Positions 14,629 through 27,055 are shown, counted from the stretch's first letter. The stretch: DNA of 64,000 bases from Octopus vulgaris (GCA_951406725.2 OX597843.1:5952001-6016000); one strand, 5' to 3'. Numbers and translations are program-made. The notes: a model not told the origin generated them from the sequence alone.

Positions 14629-14906
14629 TGTATATATACATATATATATACCTGTGTGTGCGTGTGTGTATCATCATCCAGTGTTTTAAATCCGGGTTTT
14701 GTCCCCGTTAACGGAGGGTGACCGGATCTACACCAATGCCATAGCAACTGGGGTAGTCAGGTGCAGCCCACCCTAACCTTTGGGCTGGCTGGTGTTCATT
14801 CTCCTTTGCTATCATGGGCCTTTTTTTGGAGCTGGATTTTCTAAAGGGAGCATGCCCTTGCTTACCCCCCCCCCCCCCAACCTCAGTGTTTAGACATGAG
14901 TGGTGT

Positions 14907-14937
<31 letters not shown>

Positions 14938-15343
14938 GGCGCAGGAGTGGCTGTGTGGTAGCTTGCTAACAAACCACAGTGTGGTAGCTTGCTAACAAAC
15001 CACAGTGGTTCTTGGGCAAGTGTCTTCTACTATAGCCTCGGGCCGACCAAAACATTGTGAGTGGATTTGGTAGACGGAAACTGAAAGAAGCCCGTCGTAT
15101 ATATGTATGTATGTATATATATATATATGTGTGTGTGTGTGTATGTTTGTGTGTCTGTGTTTGTCCCCCTAGCATTGCTTGACAACCGATGCTGGTGTGT
15201 TTACGTCCCCGTCACTTAGCGGTTCGGCAAAAGATACCGATAGAATAAGTACTGGGCTTACAAAAAATAAGTCCTGGGGTCGATTTGCTCGACTAAAGGC
15301 GGTGCTCCAGCATGGCTGCAGTCAAATGACTGAAACAAGTAAA

Positions 15344-15345
<2 letters not shown>
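14938..15345 (+). mobile_element. SINE family A with rearranged head
   Basis: Head segment duplicated, B box lost. Confidence 0.88.
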
Positions 15346-15390
<45 letters not shown>

Positions 15391-15982
15391 TATGTATGTA
15401 TGTATATATACATACACACACACGTTTGTATGTGTGTATGTATATATAATTGGCCTGTTCATCATCTCACCGCACACTTTGAAACCCATCCATGCCCAAC
15501 CAACCGTGGATTTTCACTTTACACCTGCCGGCTTTTAACTACATTCCCAATCACGACACAACCGCTGTATACATCTGTCACCTTAATTGCTTTCATATAC
15601 ACACAGGTACACCGCCCCAAATGTGCTCACTAGTAGCCAAACAACGAAAGAAATATTCCCGATTCGCCAGCTTAAATACAAAATAAACTGCACTTAACTA
15701 TGTGCTCCATATGCAGAGGGCGTCCCTGAAGAAAATGTATTCTTGTACCTGTCACCCGCTTTCCACCCGCCGCCTGTCACATGTCACGATCTCTCCCTTT
15801 CCCACCCGAAACTTCACACGAAGAATTTACGAGCGAATGCGCATTACATCAAGGTCACATGATCACAAGAGTTTTGACGGTGGTGTGACGTGACGCCGCC
15901 CACCCCGGGGCTGTGCTTTTATGAGAAGACTATTTCATAACTAAGACATCGTACCCGCGATTTTCTTGCTATGTCGAGGACA

Positions 15983-16013
<31 letters not shown>

Positions 16014-16099
16014 GACAAACTATATATATTTTTAAACGCCATATGTAGAGAGACGCTCGTTAACTTTTGTGCATGTATATCAATTTATCTATCTATCTG

Positions 16100-16136
<37 letters not shown>

Positions 16137-16190
16137 ATACATATATACATATATATATATATATACTTTATTTAAAAGCCGCAGAAATTC

Positions 16191-16242
16191 AACAAAACTA
16201 GTTACTCGGAGTTTCACGTTCCCGTTCGTCGGGAGTTTTGTT
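16191..16242 (-). ncRNA. Type I hammerhead ribozyme (CCGACGA variant)
   Basis: aacaaaacuc-CCGACGA-ACG(ggaa)CGU-GAAA-CUC(c)GAG-UA^acuaguuuuguu; stem I imperfect next to the core. Confidence 0.65.
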
Positions 16243-16246
16243 AAAA

Positions 16247-16294
<48 letters not shown>

Positions 16295-16962
16295 CGGAGT
16301 AAGTACTCCTGTAAACCTACTTTTGGACCACCCTGTGTAAATATATATATATATATATATATGGAGCAACAACGCAATAAAAAGCATTAAAACGGTCGGA
16401 CAGATAGACGATACAAAGAACAGGCAAAAAAAGACGGGTCGTTCCTGGCTTTCTTTCATCAGTCAAGTACCAGGAGTCACGACCATTTCGGACAGTTACA
16501 CTTGAGATGGTTCGATCTGGTTGCCCCCAAAAAAAGTCTAAGCTAAGAGCATTCGACCCCTTTGTAAAAAAAAGCTACCGAATGTGTACGGCAACAAAGA
16601 CAAAAAAAAAATTATAATAAACTAAAAACATAGAGAATATGGTACACAATTGCGAATACAAACAACAAGAAATAACAACAGGCGTCTTTCGACTGTAAAC
16701 CAACACATTCGACGCTTCTAAATTATGTTGTTTTCTCAGCTACACCTGTTCGAAATTTACCTTTCTGTCTGCAATATATATACATATAAAGGGTTGAACA
16801 TGTGGAATATAGACTACAATTGGTTCATAACAAGCTGAAACTACAAGACAGCAGCACTAATCTTCAGGCCTTAGTTTCCTCCACGAAGCTTACATTGTCG
16901 CAGGAAGTAAACGAAACAATTACTTCGGATACATACATACACACACGTACGCACACACATAT

Positions 16963-17094
<132 letters not shown>

Positions 17095-17239
17095 ATATAT
17101 ATATGTGTGTGTGTATATATATGTATGTATGTATGTATATATATATACACATATATGTATATATATATATATATCTATATACATATATAATATACATTAT
17201 ATATATGCACACACACGCAAACACACACACATATATATA

Positions 17240-17277
<38 letters not shown>

Positions 17278-17293
17278 CATACATATACATATA

Positions 17294-17359
<66 letters not shown>

Positions 17360-17633
17360 TATATATATCATAGTGCAAATGGAAAAATCCCAAGGCCACT
17401 CGTATACATTCGAAAAATGCTTGAAACAGGAAACAGGAAACTCTCTCTGTTTCTGGTTTTTTTTTAAATTGTTGCTCTCTCAAAACCAGTTTTGTCTTCT
17501 TGTAAACATCTGGTGATCAGAGGAAAAAGTGAACCAAGAGCGAATTCATCCTTTTCTGATTCTCACACTGACACACACACACGGACGTTAACGAGAAATC
17601 AACGTCTATCTAACAGATGGTAGTGAGATACCT

Positions 17634-18406
17634 CCTATTCCTTGTTTAGACTAGTGGTTCTCAACTGGGATCCATACGGCCCCTGAGAGTCCATATCAGA
17701 TTTTTGGGGGAGCCGCGTAGCAAAATCGTAAATTGGTGATCTACAATAGCATTTTAAGGCTTCCTGAAAATATCTGGCTTTAGATGACCCCTATTCCTTG
17801 TTTAGACTAGTGGTTCTCAACTGGGATCTATACGGCCCCTTGAGAGTCCATATCAGATTTTTTGGGGGGCCACGTGGCAAAATCGTAAATTGGTGATCTA
17901 CAATAGCATTTTAAGGCTTCCTGAAAATATCTGGCTTTAGATGACCCCTATTCCTTGTTTAGACTAGTGGTTCTCAACTGGGATCCATACGGCCCCTGAG
18001 AGTCCATATCAGATTTTTGGGGGCCACGTTGCAAAATCGTAAATTGGTGATCTACAATAGCATTTTAAGGCTTCCTGAAAATATCTGGCTTTAGATGACC
18101 CCTATTCCTTGTTTAGACTAGTGGTTCTCAACTGGGATCCATACGGCCCCTGAGAGTCCATATCAGATTTTTGGGGGGCCACGTTGCAAAATCGTAAATT
18201 GGTGATCTACAATAGCATTTTAAGGCTTCCTGAAAATATCTGGCTTTAGATGACCCCTATTCCTTGTTTAGACTAGTGGTTCTCAACTGGGATCCATACG
18301 GCCCCTGAGAGTCCATATCAGATTTTTGGGGGGCCACGTTGCAAAATCGTAAATTGGTGATCTACAATAGCATTTTAAGGCTTCCTGAAAATATCTGGCT
18401 TTAGAT
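17634..18406 (+). repeat. Tandem repeat, 5 x ~155 bp, from the left end of a hAT-type MITE
   Basis: Units start at 17634, 17790, 17947, 18101 and 18256; each has TAGTGGTTCTCAAC; matching right end TTGACAACCATTG near 18600-18612. Confidence 0.9.
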
Positions 18407-19073
18407 GTATATATTGGTATGTTTTGCAAGAAAGGGCTGGGTTTCTTTCTCTGACATTTTACATAGTTCAGCCTACACAAGGGACTGTGGGGAAAACAAA
18501 ATAAGAATTTTAAAAGGCGTTTATAGAAAACTTATGGAAGGCTTAGTGGGTGGGCACCAAAATAAAATAGTAGTCAAAAAGGTCCTTATGTGAAAACACT
18601 TGACAACCATTGATTTTGACTTCTCTTTCTCTAAGGAAACAAAACTCCCGAAATAACACCCGACCTTTTGAGAAACCAAAGAATACAGAAACGTTTTTTT
18701 CTGCACTGCCTGGCTTTGCGGTGTTGTGGGAGCTTTTAGCTTCAAATTCCAGCACGGCATTGCTCACTGCCGTTATCTTTAAGATCTAAACCAGTTGTTT
18801 CCAAACATGTTTTATGTATGGAGCCCTCTGTTTCCTATTATAAGTTACTGGACCCTAACGGACATTCAGTGTTTAAAAAATCCTATTTTTATTATTAAGT
18901 ATTATTGAGAATTGTATTTGAAAAATTGTTAAAATAATTTGTGCATTCTAGAAGTATAGCTAATTCATTGCGCATATATTTTAGCAAAATCTTAAATTGA
19001 CCCCTAAAAGGTCATGTGGACCCCCACGGGTCATGTGGGCCCTGGTGGACTCAAAATGTAAAGATTGACGAAA

Positions 19074-19250
19074 TACCTATTTCTTTACTACCCACAAGGG
19101 GCTAAACACAGAGAGGACAAACAAGGACAGACAAACGGATTAAGTCGATTATATTGAGCCCAGTGCGTAACTGGTACTTAATTTATCGACCCCGAAAGGA
19201 TGAGAGGCAAAGTCGACCTCGGCGGAATTTGAACTCAGAACGTAACGTAA
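19074..19250 (-). mobile_element. SINE family B, 5'-truncated
   Basis: Matches the copies at 36373, 48535, 55876 and 61284. Confidence 0.85.
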
Positions 19251-19455
19251 CGAGAACCATAATTACATACATATATACATTAAAATTCAATACATATAAG
19301 ATAAGAATACAATTATAAAAACCTTAATATGAATTATTGGAATCATTAAAATCACTCTTACAGCTGTTTCGGCCTTTGAAAAAAGTAATTTCTTGTGCCC
19401 ATACAAACACACAGAGTTAGATTTTGTATTTATCCTTTGCTTCTTCTCGATTCAG

Positions 19456-19881
19456 ATGTTCCTGTGGATTGCTGTGATCGCGTGCTGTTGTAACGTCCGG
19501 CGAGTGGAGTCCGTCACCATTGTAGGTCACTTGTTCATCGCTTCGTTCAAAGCTCCCCGGGCACGAAGTGCCGTGTTCGTCACGAACGACTCGCTCGTGG
19601 ACGCCAGCGAATCGAAACCGGTGTCCAACACCACGTGCAAGTCCACCGTGAAGCGATCGTACGATCCTTCGCGATACCCGAAAGTCATATACGACGTCCA
19701 GTGTGATTTTAATCACAGTTCGCAGACTCAGTGTGACCAAGCGACCAAAAACATCCACATGCTGTTCAAAAAGAACTGTGAGAAGAACATTTGCTCCTAC
19801 GATGTTGAGGTCAATTCCGTACAGACGGCTTGTGTTAAGAAACGGAGTCCAGACGAAATAGAGAAAGACGGCAAAATAGTT
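19456..19881 (+). CDS. Exon 2: signal peptide h/c-region, propeptide and IL-17-like domain 1
   Basis: Acceptor ttcttctcgattcag|ATG, donor GTT|GTAAGT (phase 0); MFLWIAVIACCC..VES; motif C-x8-DPSRYPKVIYDVQC..C..ML..C-x4-C.Y..ACV resembles the IL-17/trunk/PTTH D-x-x-R-Y-P signature. Confidence 0.85.
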
Positions 19882-19933
19882 GTAAGTACTCGGTTGTTGT
19901 TTTTTTGTTTATATATTACTTAATTCTTTTATT

Positions 19934-20344
19934 CTTTTATTTGTTTCACTCATTTGACTGCGGCCATGCTGGAGCACTGCCTTTTAGTCGAACAAACCGA
20001 CCCCCACCCCAGGACTTATTCTTCGTAAACCTAGTACATATTCCGTCGGTTTTTCTTTTTGCCGAACCGCTAGTTTACGGGGACGTAAACACACTAACAT
20101 CGGTTGTCAAGGAGGGACAAATACACACACACACAAACATACACGCGCACACACACATACACATACAAATATATATATAAATATATATATCGGACGGTCT
20201 TCTTTCAGTTTCCGTCTACCAAATCCACTCACAAGGTTTTGGTCAGCATGAGGCTACTGTAGAAGACACTTGCCCAAGGTGTCACGCTGTGGGATGAACC
20301 CAGAGCCATGTGGTTGGTAAGCAAGCTTCTTACCACACAACCAC
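19934..20344 (-). mobile_element. SINE family A (intron 2)
   Basis: Diverged full-length copy. Confidence 0.85.
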
Positions 20345-20583
20345 AAACATACAACGGGCTTCTTTCAGTTTCCGTCTACCAAATCCACTCACAAGGCTTT
20401 GGTCAACCTGACGCTTTTGTACATTTATATGTGTGGTATTGTGTGTGTATATATGTGTATCTGTGCAATCGTTTTAGCAGTTGTCGGTAATGTTTTAACC
20501 CCAGGCCAGTCTTGATCCAGCAGACCTATGATCAACGATGTTTCAGCTCTTATGAAACTTATTTAAACATCGTGTATCTACAT

Positions 20584-20772
20584 CGGTGCTTATCAACCTT
20601 TTTGCTGGGGCGGAACCCCAAGGAAACATTCCACTGGCTCGAGGAACCCCTGTGCAATAATTTAATAGTCTTATGCATGCATATCTGCACAGGAGAATTA
20701 AAAATTACAGCCAATTTTAGCAGTTGCGGAACCCCTGGACTGTTCTGGCGGAACCCTGGTTGAAAACCACTG
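20584..20772. mobile_element. hAT-type MITE
   Basis: TIRs CGGTGCTTATCAACC / GGTTGAAAACCACTG; degenerate 8-bp TSD; same family as 47473. Confidence 0.8.
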
Positions 20773-21099
20773 ATCTACGGTTACATTATCTAAGGCTCCC
20801 CTCGTTGTTATTGTAGTTAAGTTCTAAGGCCGTCCTGGTCTAGCGGACCCATGATCAAAGACGTTCCAGTGATGACCATCCTAACAAGAATTATCTTATC
20901 CAACCTGATCCTGTTTGTTGTTGTTGTTATCTCCATTATTGTTGTTATCTCCATTATCGTTGTTATCTTCATTATCATTATCGTTGTTGTTGTTGTTGTT
21001 GTCGTTTTCTTGGTGGTGGTGGTGGTGGTGGTAGTGTTTGAAATTGTTGTTTTTGTTGCAAGCAATTAATTTTCTTTTTCTTTTTCTTTCGATTTGCAG

Positions 21100-21402
21100 A
21101 AATTCTCAAGAGACGTTTTGTTATTCTTCAACAAGAAAGCAAAGGACGATGGTTTGGAACCAACCGGTGATGACGAAGCGAACAGGTTCGCCGAATGCCA
21201 GTGGGACTGGGTCCGACATGTCGACGACAACCGCTTTCCGCGGGTCTTCGAAAGGGCCGTCTGCAAAGACAACGAGCGCTGCAAACCAGTTTTCAAAGAG
21301 ATCGTCATGTTTGTTAAGCGCCCTGAACATGGATGTATCGGAGAATATTGTAACTATGAACCACATATCTATAATGAACCGGTGGCTTGCGTTTTGAAAT
21401 GA
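21100..21402 (+). CDS. Exon 3: IL-17-like domain 2, ending at TGA
   Basis: Long polypyrimidine tract plus ttgcag|AAA (phase 0, matches exon 2); CQW..DDNRFPRVFERAVC..CKPV..C-x4-C.Y..PVACV. Confidence 0.88.
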   Translation, partial: KFSRDVLLFFNKKAKDDGLEPTGDDEANRFAECQWDWVRHVDDNRFPRVFERAVCKDNERCKPVFKEIVMFVKRPEHGCIGEYCNYEPHIYNEPVACVLK

Positions 21403-21918
21403 AGTTTGGACGGAAGTGGAAAGGTTACTGGCCAGAAGCAGTCTCAGGAGAAACATGAAGCGGTTCAAAACCACAATTTCGACGTCGATTCTACTGCTTC
21501 AACGGCTGCCGCCTTCACAATCGGCGGCGCGGTTAACAATAACCGCAGTAACAATTCTACTTCCGGTCACTCGCTTCTTTCCGTTATATCAAATAGGAAT
21601 TTGCAGAACCACAGCACGACAGACAACTCCTCAACTACGACGACGAGGAGGCCGATAAAATGTCCCAGACGGAAGAGGAGGAGGAAGGCGAATAGGAGGA
21701 AATCGAAACAGGTGGAGCGGAGGAGGAGGAAAGAGAGAAGGCGGAGGTGTCAGCGAAAGTCGAAACGAACGTCGAAGCAGAAGAAGAGAAAGCATAGAAA
21801 GTGTACGAGAAAAAGGAGAAGAAAGAAAAAGAAGGCGAAAGAGGAAAAGGAGCAGGAAGGTGTGAAGAAGGAAGTGGCGGCAAAAGAGGGAGAAAATGTA
21901 GAGAAGACGACATCATGA
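21403..21918 (+). other. In-frame 171-codon extension after the TGA (readthrough, editing or nonsense-allele candidate)
   Basis: Same frame as exon 3 with no stop until 21916-21918; S/T-rich linker with five N-x-S/T sequons, then an R/K-rich block with three Cys. Confidence 0.6.
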
Positions 21919-22051
21919 GAATTCCTGCCCGACCCCCATCTCTTCCTTTCTGGAATTTAACTTATTATGTATGAGTGGCGTTGTATGAGTTTAGCTGTGC
22001 GTGTGTGTGTGTATCTGTGATTGTGTGTGTGTGTGTGTCTACGTGATTATA

Positions 22052-22122
<71 letters not shown>

Positions 22123-22155
22123 GTATGTATATATATATATATATGTATATATATG

Positions 22156-22204
<49 letters not shown>

Positions 22205-22296
22205 GTATATATATATATATGTGTGTATGTATATATATATATATGTATGTATATATCTATATCTATCTACAAGATATATATATATATACGTATATA

Positions 22297-22353
<57 letters not shown>

Positions 22354-22761
22354 TCTCAAAAACAAAATGACGAACATCATCATCATCATCATCACAACTG
22401 TGATCATAATCATCATCATCACCATCGACATACATTATAATTATTCTAATCAACATCATCATCATCATCATCATCATTACAGTGATTAATCACGTTGCCT
22501 TCATTGAAACCACACCAAAAAAACAAACTCAAAACATAAAGACAATACTGAGGTAGCTTAAAATGCTAGAAATAGCAGTCGAATCTCACTTTCCTTCACC
22601 CATCTCTCTCTCTCTCTCTCTCTTTCTCTCTGAAAAAACAATGATGGACATGTTGTTACGAGGTAGTTCTAAATATACAGAACAATTTTTTTTTTTTTTA
22701 ATTAAAGAAAAACTATAACAAATTTTAATAATGTGGGCTTAACGAGCCCTCGGCTGGACCG

Positions 22762-22792
<31 letters not shown>

Positions 22793-23884
22793 GCCAAGAG
22801 TCGTCAGCTTTCTCATGTTTTGAACCCCTGACCTCTTGGCAGAAACAAAAACTGCAGCAACAACAAGCAATGACTTTTAGACCAAAATTTGAGAAAAAAA
22901 AAACAAACAAAAAATAAAAGGAAATGACGAGATATGAAAAAAAAAAATCACAGAACATTTTTCTAAAAAGAACAATAATAAATTATATTTTCATAAAATT
23001 TAAAATATATATTTATAATTTTCTATATTTTTATCAATTTGGTTAGTTTTTTTGTCTTTTTCTCTTTTTGTTGTATTTTAAAACTTTTTTTTCGATTTAA
23101 AACTTTTTTAATCAAAGAATTCCCACCCAGCTCACCTTCTCCGCCAAAAAAAAAAACAAAAAAATCCAGAAAAAAACATTATGCTATAGCAAACCTTTAA
23201 TCCTGTGCTGTCTCTCCTATGGCTACTCGGCTCTTCTTTTTTTTTTTCTTTTTCTTTTATCACTCTCTTTTTGACCCACTGCACTTCAGCAGTACACTTT
23301 TGTGCAACACTTGAAAAAACAAATCTGTTCTCGCCTGGCTACTTTTATTTTTTTTTACATCTTCTTTTATTCAACACCCACAGACACTCAAACAGACATG
23401 CTTTCTATGTATGAGTACGTATGTAGGTGGGTATGTATATATATATATATATATATATATACAAATACATATGTATATACATATACATATATATATGTAT
23501 GTATATATATGTAGGTACACATATATATGCTCATACCTGGCTCACAATCATTACGATGTACCCGGTTGTCCGCAGATAGATCATATACCTCAGTGGGTAT
23601 GAGTATGGAATTCTACATACATACATGCATACATACATATATACCTATATATACACACATATATATATATATATTTCCTTTTATATATATGTGTGTGTGT
23701 GTGTGTGTATATACTCATGTATATATATATATACTTATGTATTTATATATATATATATATATATATATACTTATATATATTATGTTTAGGCACACACACA
23801 CACATATATATGTATACATACATGCATTCGTATAGATGTATTCATAATATATGCGACTGTATACAGACACACACACACATACAT

Positions 23885-23988
<104 letters not shown>

Positions 23989-24441
23989 GTATGCATTTAA
24001 AGGTGACAATTTTCCATCCATGACCACAAGTTGAATTATCAAATAAAAAACAACAAATTTGCTTCAAATTTGCAACTTTACTACGCTACGTGCATGGAGT
24101 TCTTTTTCTCCCCCCAATAGCCATGTCTGTGCATATCTCTGTCTGTCTTTCTCTCTCTCTCTACTATCTCTTCCCCAGCCTATTCCTCCATTTCTCTATA
24201 ATGCTTTAAATTCTTCATTTAAACAATGAATAAGCTTCTTTTTTCAATAAACAAAGTTCCATTGTTGGAATTCAGGTAGCCTGGGTCAACAAGATGTGCA
24301 TTAGATAACAATGTGTCGCGTAATTCCACTGTTCCACCAAATGTTTAAATTCGTAGAGTTCATCTCAGCACTCTTGTCTTTTACCTCCTGTTGAATGCAT
24401 GCATATATATATATATACACATATACATATAAACATATATA

Positions 24442-24517
<76 letters not shown>

Positions 24518-24969
24518 GTATATACATATATATTATATAAGTATATATAATTGGATATATATACATATTTATATATCATATATATATTATATATATATAT
24601 ACATAAAAACATATATATATATATGAATATATGTTTGTATATATACATATATAAATAAACATATATATTTATATTGTATATATACATATAAACATATATA
24701 TATATACATATTGTATATATACATATAAACATATATATATATGAATATATATACGTATATGTATATAAACATTATATATATATATATATATATACATATA
24801 TACATATATTTGTATATATATAAACATATGTATATAAATATATATATATGTGTGTGTGTGTGTGTGTATATATATATGCGTGTGTGTGCATGTATCTATG
24901 TATGGGCGTATGCGTGTATTTATAGCGATGATATGTATATCGGGTGTGTGCTGTTTCTAGATTATTAAG

Positions 24970-25110
24970 TATGTATATTTTTTACTACTATTTATAAAAA
25001 CGATGTATATTGTTATTTAAACATACCAAAATGTATTTAAGAAAGAAAGAAAAAAAAAACGATGTAAAAATCAAATAAAATATTTAATTTATCATATAAC
25101 CATGTCTCTT
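24970..25110 (+). terminator. Candidate 3' end of the gene: AU-rich elements and poly(A) signal
   Basis: Several TATTTA motifs, AATAAA at 25074-25079, T-rich tract downstream; other AATAAA (e.g. 22913) cannot be excluded. Confidence 0.45.
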
Positions 25111-25229
25111 TCCTTTTTCAACCGGAGTAGTCGTGTGTCTACTCTACCGCAAGACAATTATATATGTCCGTTTCAACTGACACAAATTGACATAAACTCA
25201 CTGTTATACTTCACTTCTAGCTGAAGTAA

Positions 25230-25589
25230 TTTGTGTATGGCAGGTTTGGCAACCTTCAAACTAACACTGCGGCACAAGTTGACCAAAATTGAGAGTATGA
25301 TAAAAGAAGGCTTGCTCTTCTTTCCGTAGAAGAAAAAAATTCAAATCGGACCATGTTAATACCAAGAATTATTTACATCAAAAAGGTGTTTTTTTTCTAT
25401 GAAAATCCCTATTTTTTTTTACGATTTTTGGACTGCTGTGTCGCCATTCTTCGGTGTATTTCAACCAGAAAAGTATTCACTTAAAGAGAATAACAAGCTA
25501 TATAATGCAAAATGTTTACTTTTCAAAAATTCCAATTCTCAAGGGTCAAAAAGAAAACAAAACGGAGCAACGCTGGGCTATACTGCTAG
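25230..25589 (+). mobile_element. Non-autonomous Helitron, subfamily 1 (diverged)
   Basis: Reverse complement of 12250-12615; ends ..TACTGCTAG|T. Confidence 0.75.
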
Positions 25590-25593
25590 TGTG

Positions 25594-25657
<64 letters not shown>

Positions 25658-25668
25658 CATATATATAT

Positions 25669-25990
25669 AAAGTTAATCCAAACAAGAAAGCACAAAAAAA
25701 CACAAACAACGCAAAGACGTGGAACAAATAAAGTATTATTGGACGCTCAGGAAAGGAGGAGGGTTTAACGTTTCGAGCGGAGCTCTTCGTCGGAAACATA
25801 GGAGAAGGGAAGACAGAGAAAAAAAATCGCCAACGGTATATATATAGGGAGAGTTTACGAAAAAAACAAAAGACGAAGACAGGTGGCGTACAAAACAAAC
25901 AGGTGTAATAGTATAACGCTCAGGAATAGAAAATGCCTTTTACGTTTCGAGCCTACGCTCTTCTACAGAAAGGGACACAGAAAAAACACA
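25669..25990 (-). mobile_element. Penelope-like pLTR fragment with two minimal hammerhead-like motifs
   Basis: GUUU-CCGACGA-A-GAGC(ucc)GCUC-GAAACGUU-AAAC at 25763-25797 and CUUU-CUGUAGA-A-GAGC(guag)GCUC-GAAACGUA-AAAG at 25937-25972. Confidence 0.65.
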
Positions 25991-26109
25991 AGTACTGGGT
26001 TCGACTCATTCGACTACTAAATTCTTCAAGGCGGTGCCGCAGCATGGCCGCTGTCTAACGACTGAAACAAGTGATTAGATAAAAAACGGAAACTGAAAGA
26101 AGCCCGTCG

Positions 26110-26143
<34 letters not shown>

Positions 26144-26337
26144 AGTAGAAAAATGAAATATCTTTTTAGGGATAATTCGTTTAACCGATACCTGGGTAGC
26201 AAATTCACATCAGAAATAACACGGTTGAAGTTACGTGCCTAGGGCAGAGACTACGTGTTTTCGTGTGGAAATTTGTGTGTATTTTTATAAAATTTATGAA
26301 TAAATGAAAGAATGGAGTTGAACGACAAATTAACAAA

Positions 26338-26437
26338 TTTCCTTTATTTTCGACATATGTTTCGAAGGCTGCATAATCCTAATTGTGAAGGAATAAGGAG
26401 TACATTATGCCACTTTCTCATCAGGAAAAACCAGGAA
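26338..26437 (-). ncRNA. Type I hammerhead ribozyme with extended stem II
   Basis: uuccugguuuuuc-CUGAUGA-GAAAG..GCAUAAU..AUUAUGC..CUUC-GAAA-CAUAU-GUC^gaaaauaaaggaa; palindromic ACAUAUGU stem III. Confidence 0.8.
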
Positions 26438-26526
26438 TTTATGTCAACATCAAGATTCACAAAAACTTTTAGATGACTGCTCTCACGGAGCGCATAGCGA
26501 TAATGAGTGTCTCTAATTTATTCATA

Positions 26527-26623
<97 letters not shown>

Positions 26624-26985
26624 ATGTGTGTATTTGTGCGTCTGTGTATGACCTCCCCCCCCCCCCCCACACACACACACCATCCATTGACGACCGATGT
26701 TGGTGCATTTACATCCCCGTAACTTAGCTGTTCGGCAATAGAGAACCGATAGAATGAGTACCGGGCTTGCAAAGAACAAGTCATGGGGGGGGGGGGTCGA
26801 TTTGTTCGACTGAAAGGCGGTGCTCCAGCATGACCGCACTCAAGTGACTGTAAGAAGTAAAAGAATGGAAAAAAAAATTTGAAAAGTAACGATTAGTTTA
26901 GAATAAGCTTCTACGGCGGCGGTTAAACCAGTCAGGTGACTTCGACCGACGATAAAAATCTGGATAAGAAGACAAGAGCTACAAC

Positions 26986-27055
<70 letters not shown>

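Noticed and set aside
21400-21402. TGA as selenocysteine
   Set aside because: No SECIS recognised by eye and the aligned residue in domain 1 is Arg, not Cys; a SECIS search would be needed to exclude it fully
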